A stretch of 64,000 bases of DNA, taken from NCBI GenBank assembly GCA_964016885.1, contig OZ024758.1, forward strand, positions 6,200,001 to 6,264,000, read 5' to 3'. Made by a program: the position numbers and the translations under genes. Position 1 is the stretch's first letter, and the number at the start of each line of letters is the position of its first letter. The stretch comes from Eledone cirrhosa (Eukaryota). The notes beneath the pieces are model-generated. The model ran no database searches. It was not told where the DNA came from and saw nothing but the letters and a program-made list of their open reading frames with translations. This document shows, in pieces, positions 53,112-64,000 of the stretch.

Positions 53112-53137
53112 CATTATATATATATATTATACATTAT

Positions 53138-53273
53138 GTCCAGAATTAGCCGTCGAAACGGCTTGAGCTCAGCTGTCGGGGTCTTACTGGTTCCTATTAC
53201 CCACTCTACTACCTCAAGTATTGAGTACTTTGGTGCGTTATGGTTCACCTGGTTCCTTACCACATTTCCTTCG

Positions 53274-53275
<2 letters not shown>
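53138..53275 (+). mobile_element. Family P2 single arm in (TA)n
   Basis: gtccagaattagccgtcgaaacggc...cacatttccttcgtta. Confidence 0.85.
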
Positions 53276-53329
<54 letters not shown>

Positions 53330-53331
<2 letters not shown>

Positions 53332-53530
53332 AACAAAAAAATGTGGTAAGATACCAGGTGGACCATAACGCACCAAAGTACTGGATATTTAGGGCAGTAG
53401 AGTGGGCAATAGGTAAAGAGTCAGGACACCGACGGCTGAGCTCCGGCCGTTTCGACAGCTAGATCCGAACAGTTTAGATCTAGCTGTCGAAACGGCCGGA
53501 GCTCAGCCGTCGGGGTCCTGACTCTGATAC

Positions 53531-53532
<2 letters not shown>
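53330..53532. mobile_element. Family P2 variant fold-back
   Basis: ccgacggctgagctccggccgtttcgacagctagatc(cgaacagttta)gatctagctgtcgaaacggccggagctcagccgtcgg. Confidence 0.85.
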
Positions 53533-53568
<36 letters not shown>

Positions 53569-53572
<4 letters not shown>

Positions 53573-53728
53573 TGTTTCTACTATTGGCACAAGGCCAGCA
53601 ATTACCCAGTGTATTACTGGTACTTTCTTTTATCGACCCTGTAAGGATGAAAGGCAAAGTTAACCTCGGCGGGATATGAACTCAGAATGGCAAGGGCCGT
53701 AACTCTATGCGTCAAAGCATGGCGTCCG

Positions 53729-53730
<2 letters not shown>
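53569..53730 (-). mobile_element. SINE family A with (TTA)n tail
   Basis: Consensus match. Confidence 0.88.
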
Positions 53731-53794
<64 letters not shown>

Positions 53795-53817
53795 ATACAT
53801 ATATATATACACATATA

Positions 53818-53907
<90 letters not shown>

Positions 53908-53953
53908 CACATACATATATATAGAGAGAGAAAGAGAGAGGAAAAAGTAAAGG

Positions 53954-53987
53954 AAAAAGCACGTGTGTACTTAATCATCCATTTTGC

Positions 53988-54043
<56 letters not shown>

Positions 54044-54083
54044 TATAATGCAAAATGGCTTATTGAATACACACGTGCTTTTT
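53954..54083. repeat. Imperfect inverted repeat around (TA)n
   Basis: aaaaagcacgtgtgta...ccattttgcatta / taatgcaaaatgg...tacacacgtgcttttt. Confidence 0.75.
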
Positions 54084-54261
54084 GCTCTATTCACTCTCTA
54101 CTTTTCTATTTCATCTTTTACTTCTCATTCTAACGTTTTGATGGTGCCATATTGCACAACTAGGAATGACGCCACATTAAATATGTATATGTATACATGC
54201 GCACACATGCACACGCATATATATATACATATATACATATGTATATATAGAGAGAGAGTCT

Positions 54262-54600
54262 TGAAGTTTCCTTGAAGCATTGTGGAATAATAAAAATAGT
54301 CGTTTTGGAAGCCTCAACAATGATGCAGATGAGTAAATCTCCAGGTAACAGAATTAGGTGGTAATGAGAGAGAGATGTAAGAGGTGGTAATGAGAGAGAG
54401 ATATAAGAGGTGGTAATGAGAGAGAGATGTAAGAGGTGGTAATGAGAGAGAGAGATGTATGAGGAAGTGTAGAAAGAGACGTAGAGAACGTAAAGGAATG
54501 TAGGAAAAGTGTAAAAAATAATAACACAAGATAAAGTTTACCTCGGAAGTGATTTAATAGTCCGTATATTTCGGATTTTACATCCATCAGCTGCGGGTTT
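54262..54600 (-). mobile_element. Family P4 element with decayed hammerhead (54562-54596) and internal ~26-bp minisatellite (54355-54460)
   Basis: ccg-CAGCTGA-t-ggat(gtaaa)atcc-GAAA-ta-TA-cgg (core has 2 substitutions); homolog at 38835-39139. Confidence 0.6.
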
Positions 54601-54714
54601 TCCGAGAGAAAAAGGTTGTGTCGGAGAAGGACAACATGTGGCTTTCGCTCTACATATTCATTTAGATTCTACTTTGGTATTGGGTACTCTTTTCTATCGG
54701 CCGTCAAATAACAT

Positions 54715-54826
<112 letters not shown>

Positions 54827-55499
54827 CGAGATAGATAGATAGAGAGATATAGATATAGATATATATAAATGGAGATAGAGATAGAAAGAAAGAAAGAGAG
54901 AGAAAGAGAGAAAGAGAGGGGGGGGGTAAGGAGAAGAAGGAGAAAGTGGTAAAAGGAAATATATAGACAACTGAAATATAATTCCTTACCTTATATTTAC
55001 TTTGCCGTTCTATATTTCTTCATTCAGTTCAGTTCTGCTGCAGTTTTGTCAACACTAAGCAAATCTTTCACATGGTACTTCTTATCTTTCTCTGTGCATT
55101 TCTCGTCTGTCCAACCAGATATATTACAGTTTCATGCACTAGTCTTTTATATATTCCCTCACCTTTGTTAGACTCTTGCTCTTTCACTATATATCTATAT
55201 CTGTTCCAAATACCACGTGCAAGTTTTGACATGTTCATAAGAGATTAAGTTTTGACATTTTCAAAAGAAATTAAGCGATATTCTCTTTATGTCTATAGTT
55301 TAGCAAATATTCTTTCTATTTCCAAGGTCAATGGATAGCTGTTACATTTTTTATTTACATTCAACTACATTTATATGCATAACGTATTTATAATGATTCA
55401 ATGAGCCTAAATGTGGTTGCTTGAATTAAGATAAGCAGTAAAATCTTCTTGAAAGCATACCCTGCTTTTCTGAAAATAAATGGACTGATGGTCATGGCT

Positions 55500-55600
55500 G
55501 GAATATCATTGAAATATCATTGAATATCATTGGAATATCATTGAATATTGGCTGCAATATCATTGAAATATCATTGAATATCATTGGAATATCATTGAAA
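55500..55600. repeat. ~11-12 bp tandem repeat (gaatatcattg)
   Basis: Direct repeat. Confidence 0.85.
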
Positions 55601-55944
55601 ATACTCCTCTCCGATTAAGGTTAACCTGCTGCTAAATAATATCCGAAATATAAAATAACAATATAAATATATTTGTTTTTAACATAACTGCATAGTTTAA
55701 AAATTTATGTTACAGAAAATATAAAGTTGACGGTTTCAGAACGGAAACCCTGTCTATGATGTGACATAAACATATTAACAATTTATGAAGTTCGCAATGT
55801 ATAGAAAAGAAGGAAAAGGTCCGACGACTACTGATCGCAGGGGCACCGTAGTGACATACGGCGATTCTTGGCCATTTTAAGCCTGGCGGAGCCCATCCCT
55901 TTCCAGGCCTGGCTCTAGCAGAATTTTTCCAGAGAAGGATAGAA

Positions 55945-56011
<67 letters not shown>

Positions 56012-56075
56012 GAGACAAAGAGATGTAGAGAAAGAAATGACCCCAGTAATAGCAGAGTACATTATTTAACGATCA

Positions 56076-56618
56076 ATTGGCAGTATCGGTAGAGCGTCAG
56101 ACAGCATGCTTTACAATATAGAGTTATGGCACTTTACGTTCTGAGTTCAAATCCCATCGAGGTTAAATTTGCCTTTCATCCTTACGGGGTCGATAAAATA
56201 AAGTACCAGTAATGCACTGGGTAATTGCTGGCCTTGTACCAAAAGTAGAAACAATTATTTAACGACCTTGAATTGATGAAAGGCAAAGTTGATCTTGGCG
56301 GGATTTGATCTTAGACAGCAGAAAGTCGGAATGAAAACCTCAAAGCATTCTCTCCAATGTTCTAACGACTCTGCCAATTTAACACCTTTCGTAATCTATA
56401 TGTTTCATATATTGATATAATGCAGTGCAATATCACTGTTTCTACTTTTTGGCACAAGGCCAGCAATTATCCCAGTGTATTACTGGTACTTTATTTTATC
56501 GACCCCGTAAGGATGAAAGGCATATCGATGGGATTTGAACTCAGAGCGTGAAGTGCCATAACTCTATATTGTAAAGTATGGTGTCTGACGCTCTACCGAT
56601 ACTGCCAATCCACCACCC
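56076..56618. mobile_element. SINE family A cluster: plus 56076-56258, old minus ~56272-56385, minus 56437-56618
   Basis: Consensus matches; the two outer copies are inverted and share variants. Confidence 0.88.
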
Positions 56619-57746
56619 TTTGGAATGCAATATAACATCAGTAATTTAGCAGTCAAATAAGCACGAGTACAATGCTCTATACCCTGCCAGTGAAACAATT
56701 AATTACAAACCACCAATGACGTATTTTATTTTATCAATATAGAAAATCTCACAATGACAATAAAGGCTATTGACATTACATAAACATAATGGAACAGTAT
56801 CTAATAAAAACAAAATACACTATTAACGGGAACAGAAAGGGAAGAAGAAAAAAGTAAATGAAAAAGAGAAAAAGAAAGAAGGATCAAGCAACAAAAGAAT
56901 ACAAGAGGGGTGCGATTGTAAGGAGAAGCAGCATGGTAGTGAAGTGTGCTGATGTAAATAACAGCAGCGCTGTAAACTTTGCTTTTACAGAAGACAATCT
57001 GAGACATGGTTCTGAAACAATCAAAACTTCCTTAGCTATCACAAGAGTGAGGCAATTTCTATGTTTTAAACATCCGCCTGTGAACTGCAGCATTACTGAA
57101 ATTCAGTTTTCGTAAAGTGAGAAATTCTAAAGAATGAGAATACGTCCAACCAGTATTGCAAACAAGAACTTTTGTGAACGCGTCTTTGGGTTAATATTAG
57201 CGTTTCCGTTATTTAACAATATAGGTGTAAATTGAAAATAGCGAACATTGTATTAAAAGAAACAAGCAGGTGCCTAATCGAATTCGTGAAATTTTACCAT
57301 TTCCAGCTATACAGATTTCATTTGATGCGTGTTTATAAATCTAAGATAGCGTCCATGTCTAAAATGAATATAGCGATACAGGCTAGCGTAAAAGTCCCTT
57401 TCCATTTTAGATTTATCCGCTAAGGAATCTTTCCTTTCGTAGGTATCTTAAGGTAAGGCTTTACGTAAACAAGCCCCAGATACTCCTAGAACCCCAAAAT
57501 ATTATTTGCTAAGAACCTAGGACGATGTAGAAAGATACATTACGAGCTGCCAGGAAATATTTCATAGACAGTGTTTGGCTATGCAAAACCGAAAACGGAG
57601 GAGTCTCTGATGTGTTATTTTCTACAATTAATTAATTCGAAGTAATCTCTAAGATCCTCCGATATTAAAGGGAAACAGTATAAATGATAGGTAGTCCACG
57701 TGCATGCCACATAAATATACAACAACAACAATAAATACAAAAGGGA

Positions 57747-57801
<55 letters not shown>

Positions 57802-58909
57802 ACGAGTTATTTGGTTTGTTGACTATTCAACAAAGTTAATTTATAACAGATTAGAAGCACTCAACGGTTTGACCTCAATCACACTCAAGGGGAAGTGTGA
57901 TTGAGGTCTGGGCCTAGGGTGCGGCGGAAATAACACTGTGCCCCGCGGACTATGGCTAGCGACACCGCTTATGCAGGACTCTTAAGTATACTATGTATGA
58001 GACTGTAGTTCTTTCGATTACTGGTTCTTAATATCGAGTGTTTTCCTGCAACTGGCAGCATGTGGGACATTAATCTCAGCGTTTCTTTGAACTGGTCGAC
58101 TAGTTTCTCTATAAAACGCGAGTTTCCAGTCGGTATTTTCACACCTGTGAGGCGAGATTCTTTGCTGTTGTTATATCTGTTTGCCCAGCACTTTCAACAT
58201 ACCTCGTTTAACAATACTGCACCATAGCCAATAAACAATCCAATTCACCCAACACTACTATATGAATGACTAGAAAGTTTTAAATGCTCATCTCAAGGAG
58301 CAACATTTATAACTTTGATGGTGTAACCTTTTGATGATACCATATAAAGTTTGGGAATTTAATGTAAACTTACAGTCGACAGCCGTATGTTCTTTTGTGA
58401 CTTACTATGATAATAACACTTTTAACTTACCGCACGTAGCGTATATTTAAGAGTTATTGTTCTATCTGTCTCTACTGTCGGTAGTTCCAGTAGATATTGA
58501 ATAATATATCATGAAATCCTAACTGATGGCTCGGGAATTTATTATTCACTTTGCATGTAATGAGAATATCGATTTATTTTCCCATAGCCTGTCGATGTGA
58601 TTTTTGAGAGAGGTGATCCATTTGGACTGTGTGTTATAATTTCGATCGATCTCATTTTCTCACATCTGTTGAAAAATGGTAATTGCGACAGAATAAGATA
58701 TTTCCTGTCCAAAACCCAGAAGCTTCAATTTGTGCTTTATTTTCTTTAGCAACTTTATCGATAATTGAATGCATAATATCCGTCAATATTCTATTAAATC
58801 CTGTCTTAATTTTTCTTTCATTTAGTGACTTTTTGATGTGAAATATATAGATTTATTGAAGCTATTCTTTATAAAATTGAAGCTGGTCATCTTACTATTT
58901 GTAGGGATA

Positions 58910-60320
58910 TGTAGGTGTAGATATCTTCGGGGTTTGTAGATCTAGATGTCCTCGGGTTTTTTAGATCTAGATGTTTTGAGGGTTTGTAGATGTAGATATC
59001 TTCGGGGTTTGTAGATCTAGATGTCCTCGGGGTTTTTAGATCTAGATGTTTTGAGGGTTTGTAGATGTAGATATCTTCGGGGTTTGTAGATGTAGATGTC
59101 CTCGGGGTTTTTAGATCTAGATGTTTTGAGGGTTTGTAGATGTAGATATCTTCGGGGTTTGTAGATCTAGATGTCCTCAGGGTTTTTAGATCTAGATGTT
59201 TTGAGGGTTTGTAGATTTAGATATCTTCGGGGTTTGTAGATCTAGATGTCCTCGGGGTTTTTAGATCTAGATGTTTTGAGGGTTTGTAGATTTAGATATC
59301 TTCGGGGTTTGTAGATCTAGATGTCCTCGGGGTTTTTAGATCTAGATGTTTTGAGGGTTTGTAGATGTAGATATCTTCGAGGTTTGTAGATCTAGATGTC
59401 CTCGGGGTTTTTAGATCTAGATGTTTTGAGGGTTTGTAGATTTAGATATCTTCGGGGTTTGTAGATCTAGATGTCCTCGGGGTTTTTAGATCTAGATGTT
59501 TTGAGGGTTTGTAGATGTAGATATCTTCGGGGTTTGTAGATCTAGATGTCCTCGGGGTTTGTAGATCTAGATGTTTTGAGGGTTTGTAGATTTAGATATC
59601 TTCGGGGTTTGTAGATCTAGATGTCCTCGGGGTTTTTAGATCTAGATGTTTTGAGGGTTTGTAGATTTAGATATCTTCGGGGTTTGTAGATCTAGATGTC
59701 CTCGGGGTTTTTAGATCTAGATGTTTTGAGGGTTTGTAGATGTAGATATCTTCGAGGTTTGTAGATCTAGATGTCCTCGGGGTTTTTAGATCTAGATGTT
59801 TTGAGGGTTTGTAGATTTAGATATCTTCGGGGTTTGTAGATCTAGATGTCCTCGGGGTTTTTAGATCTAGATGTTTTGAGGGTTTGTAGATGTAGATATC
59901 TTCGGGGTTTGTAGATCTAGATGTCCTCGGGGTTTGTAGATCTAGATGTTTTGAGGGTTTGTAGATTTAGATATCTTCGGGGTTTGTAGATCTAGATGTC
60001 CTCGGGGTTTTTAGATCTAGATGTTTTGAGGGTTTGTAGATTTAGATATCTTCGGGGTTTGTAGATCTAGATGTCCTCGGGGTTTTTAGATCTAGATGTT
60101 TTGAGGGTTTGTAGATGTAGATATCTTCGGGGTTTGTAGATCTAGATGTCCTCGGGGTTTTTAGATCTAGATGTTTTGAGGGTTTGTAGATGTAGATATC
60201 TTCGAGGTTTGTAGATCTAGATGTCCTCGGGGTTTTTATATCGAGATGTTTTGAGGGTTTGTAGATGTAGATATCTTCGGGGTTTGTAGATGTAGAAGTC
60301 TTCGGGGTTTGTAGATGTAC
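58910..60320. repeat. Satellite with 75-bp higher-order repeat (3 x 25 bp), ~19 copies
   Basis: tagatatcttcggggtttgtagatc / tagatgtcctcggggtttttagatc / tagatgttttgagggtttgtagatg; atatcttc at 58921, 58996... Confidence 0.95.
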
Positions 60321-60556
60321 TTGTCTATATAAATGTAGACATACGTGTCTTTGTATTATGTAGATGTAGAGAATTCGTGTTATTTAGATGTACTTGCCTT
60401 CGTATTATGTAAATGCATATGAATTCGTGTTATGGAAATGTGAATCTGTTCGTGTTATGAAAATGTGAATCTGTTCGTGTTATGAAAATGTGAATCTGTT
60501 CGTGTTATGAAAATGTGAATGTATTCGTGTTATGTAGATGTAGAGGTCTTCGTATA
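60320..60556. repeat. Diverged 25-bp repeat (ttcgtgttatgaaaatgtgaatctg)
   Basis: cgtgt at 60426, 60451, 60476, 60501, 60526. Confidence 0.85.
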
Positions 60557-60560
60557 TTGT

Positions 60561-60655
60561 TGGCGGTAGATTGGCAGTATCGGTAGAAGGTCAGGCGCCA
60601 TGCTTTGACGCATAGAGTAACAGCCCTTGCCATTCTGAGTTCAAATCCCGCCGAG
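60561..60655 (+). mobile_element. SINE family A head, truncated at poly-G
   Basis: A and B boxes. Confidence 0.82.
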
Positions 60656-60679
60656 GGGGGGGGGGGGGGGGTGAAAGGT

Positions 60680-61062
60680 GTTAGAACACTAGTTAGTCAG
60701 ACATTTAATGCCCCACTCGGTCAGGAATAACCATGGTTTTGCACCTAGAAAGTTTCTCTCCGAGGCACAAACCAGGGCAAGGTTTGTTTTGTGGAAGACC
60801 AGCAGTCGTCCATGCATACTAGTTCCCCCTCTCCACGCCACCGATGCTGTCCAAGGGAAAGGCAATGACCGATACAGCTTGGCCCCAGTGACGTCGCAAC
60901 ATACACTATATATATACACATTATATATATATTTATATATACATGCCATATGCATTATATATACACATTATATATATACTATATATATGATGTCCAAGGG
61001 AAAGGCAATGGCTGATACATCTTGGCCCCAGTGACGTCGCAACTCATTTCTACAGCTGAGTA
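60680..61062 (-). mobile_element. SINE body with 53-bp direct duplication around a TA-rich insert
   Basis: tgtccaagggaaaggcaatg...cttggccccagtgacgtcgcaac at 60848-60900 and 60991-61043; ctcatttctacagctgagt shared with family C. Confidence 0.75.
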
Positions 61063-61638
61063 GTCTGACATAGATAGTGGTAATCAATTATAGCTTCACT
61101 TAACTTTAGATAGAATAATTATTTATAACCATGCCATTTTTTTCTATTTAGCCCCATACAGCTTAAGACTGAAAAACTTGAGGATGATAGTAATTATCAG
61201 TGAATCCTTGTCACAATCTATTGAATAGTTTAAACTTGAAAAGTGAACTACTTGCAAAATTACTTTACAGTTCATTAGCACATACCCTATTGAGTGCAGG
61301 TATGTTTACGTGGTTAAGAAGCCTTTTTTGTAATTGTGTGGTTTTGACGAAAGCTATGTGCAAGGAATTTGGTAGATGGTGACTATGTGAAAGCCTACCA
61401 GAGGAATTGTTCCTGAGCTTCGATGGTAGATATAATCTACCATCTCTTGGGTTCATGAATGTTTTTCGCGAAGTCCATTCTATTCTAAACAATCTGGGCT
61501 AAATCATCGACCTATGAATGACTTCTTCCATTGAGCCCCCACTCCCACCCCACGCCCACCATTCACAGTAACCACGAAAAACCATCATGAGCACCGAACT
61601 TCTTACTTTGACCAACCCGAAAAATCCGTTTATATAAA

Positions 61639-61762
61639 TAATTGTTTCTACCTTTTGGCACAAGGCCAGCAATTATCTCAGTGCATTACTGGTACTTTAT
61701 TTTATCGACCCCCGTAAGGATGAAAGGCAAAGTTAACCTCGGCGGGATCTGAACTCAGACCG
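61639..61762 (-). mobile_element. SINE family A, 5' truncated
   Basis: Consensus match. Confidence 0.87.
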
Positions 61763-61834
61763 TTTATATAAATAGTATTCTCTTAACATTCTACATTCTA
61801 CAGTGTATGGAGATATGATGTACAACATTATTTT

Positions 61835-61918
61835 AATATCTAAAATAATATCTAAAATAATATCTAAAATAATATCTAAAATAATATCTAAAATAATATC
61901 TAAAATAATATCTAAAAT
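61835..61918. repeat. 13-bp tandem repeat (aatatctaaaat-type), ~6 copies
   Basis: Direct repeat. Confidence 0.9.
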
Positions 61919-62353
61919 ATATACATCTACGAAAAGTTATTTACTGTAATACAGTATTTCTGCAGAATAACTGTTTTCAATATATCCAGTGACTCATATA
62001 ATCGTTATCACTCTATTGCTTTGTAATTATTAGGTTTCTTCAGGTCTACATATACCTCAACATACGTAACTTCAATATTATTCTTAGTAAGACTAAATAT
62101 ACTTTTTAGCATATAATCTATTGATTTAGTTAGTTATTAAGCCGTGTATATGATTTAATACAATATAGTGAATATATCCCCCCCCCCCCTTTCGATAAAA
62201 CAACTTTTCCAATAAGAAATCAATCAAAATATGAGTAAAAACAAGATTTGATTTTATCCTTAAAAGAAAACAATTGTAAGTTACTGACAAAGCTAATGTA
62301 AACACCAAGAATGTGATTTCATACGAATAAAACAGTTCTAGATCTGGAAAAGT

Positions 62354-62404
<51 letters not shown>

Positions 62405-62417
62405 ATCTATCTCTTTT

Positions 62418-62515
<98 letters not shown>

Positions 62516-62796
62516 CGTCTGTATGTGTGTGTGTGTGTGTGTAACCACAATAATAAATGAAATATCTGCCGCATGGTATGGCATTATGTAACTAATATTT
62601 CTATTTAACTATTTAACTAACACGTTACCAGGTATGAGGATTGAATTATTTCTTAACGTAATTCTCATTGTGTACCATAAGAGAAGATAAGAGAAGACAC
62701 TGGTCCATTGTTGGTCTGGTGAGGTGACAGTCTTATCTTGTAACATCGTTCACATGGAATCGTGTTATCAGAATGACACACATGCAAACATCATAC

Positions 62797-62863
62797 ATTT
62801 CTTCTTCTTCTACTTCTTCTTCTTCTTCTCTACTACTATTACTACTACTACTACTACTACTAG

Positions 62864-62920
<57 letters not shown>

Positions 62921-63253
62921 TGCAGTTGAGGTCAACATCAGTCGGACAAGAACAGAAAACGAGCTGAATTCTAAGCCAAGTTCCCTTCCCCCTGCTACTT
63001 CCACTACCACTACTACAAGTTCCCCCACCTCCCTGCTATTTCCACTACTACTACCACAAGCCCCTCCCCCTCCTTGATATTTCCACTACCACTACTACAA
63101 GCCCCTCCCCACCCTGCTATTTCCACTACAAGTTGCCCCCCCCCTCCCTGCTATTTCCACTACCACTACTACAAGTTCACCCCCTCCCTGCTACTTCCAC
63201 TACCACTACTACAAGTCTCCCCCCCCTTGCTATTTCCACTACCACTACTACAG
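62797..63253. repeat. (TTC)n(CTA)n microsatellite and ~37-40 bp minisatellite (ccactaccactactacaag...ccctgctattt)
   Basis: Direct repeats. Confidence 0.88.
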
Positions 63254-63440
63254 TTATAGTCAGAAGATAACAGGTCCCCAAACCGACCTCTATTTCAAAA
63301 TACCAAGGAGGAGAGACAGAGAGAAAGCGATAAACGAAAATGTGAAAACATTTATTTATATGTATGTAAACTATATTCTTTTATACCATATTCTTATTAA
63401 TAGACACCTTAACTCCATTATAAAGGTTTTTATAGACTTC

Positions 63441-63907
<467 letters not shown>

Positions 63908-64000
63908 AATGAAAAATTTGAACAGGGACAGAACAGAGAGGCAGTACAATAAATGTTTATTAAATTCACGCTCAGGAGAGTGGGGGGTAGGTGGGGGACG

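Noticed and set aside
57990-58230. Minus-strand IEKLVDQFKET resembling a Tc1-type HTH
   Set aside because: Too short and interrupted to support without an HMM search
58910-60320. Array as CRISPR or coding repeat
   Set aside because: No unique spacers, eukaryotic context, frequent stop codons

Overview
Eukaryotic, very AT-rich, microsatellite-saturated genomic DNA. The SINE families and (TA)n/(CA)n density resemble an octopod cephalopod genome (inference from pattern recognition, not a database result). Almost all ORFs in the supplied track are translated simple repeats. I can support one real protein-coding gene: a 329-aa type II membrane, GT-A-like putative glycosyltransferase (37555-38544, minus) with an intronless CDS. 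It has candidate 5'UTR exons upstream and a candidate RFX X-box near 45150. The rest is tRNA-derived SINEs (more than 20 copies of one Nin-domain-like family), RTE and CRE LINE remnants, MITEs, mini/satellites and mosaic local duplications. The most notable hidden signal is several families of short elements embedded in (TA)n tracts. They form long fold-back palindromes and several carry minimal type I hammerhead ribozymes (cleanest at 43576-43642, 49965-50031, 50191-50228, 24641-24683), consistent with Penelope-like retroelement (PLE) pLTR derivatives. Repeat boundaries were read by eye and are approximate to a few bp.
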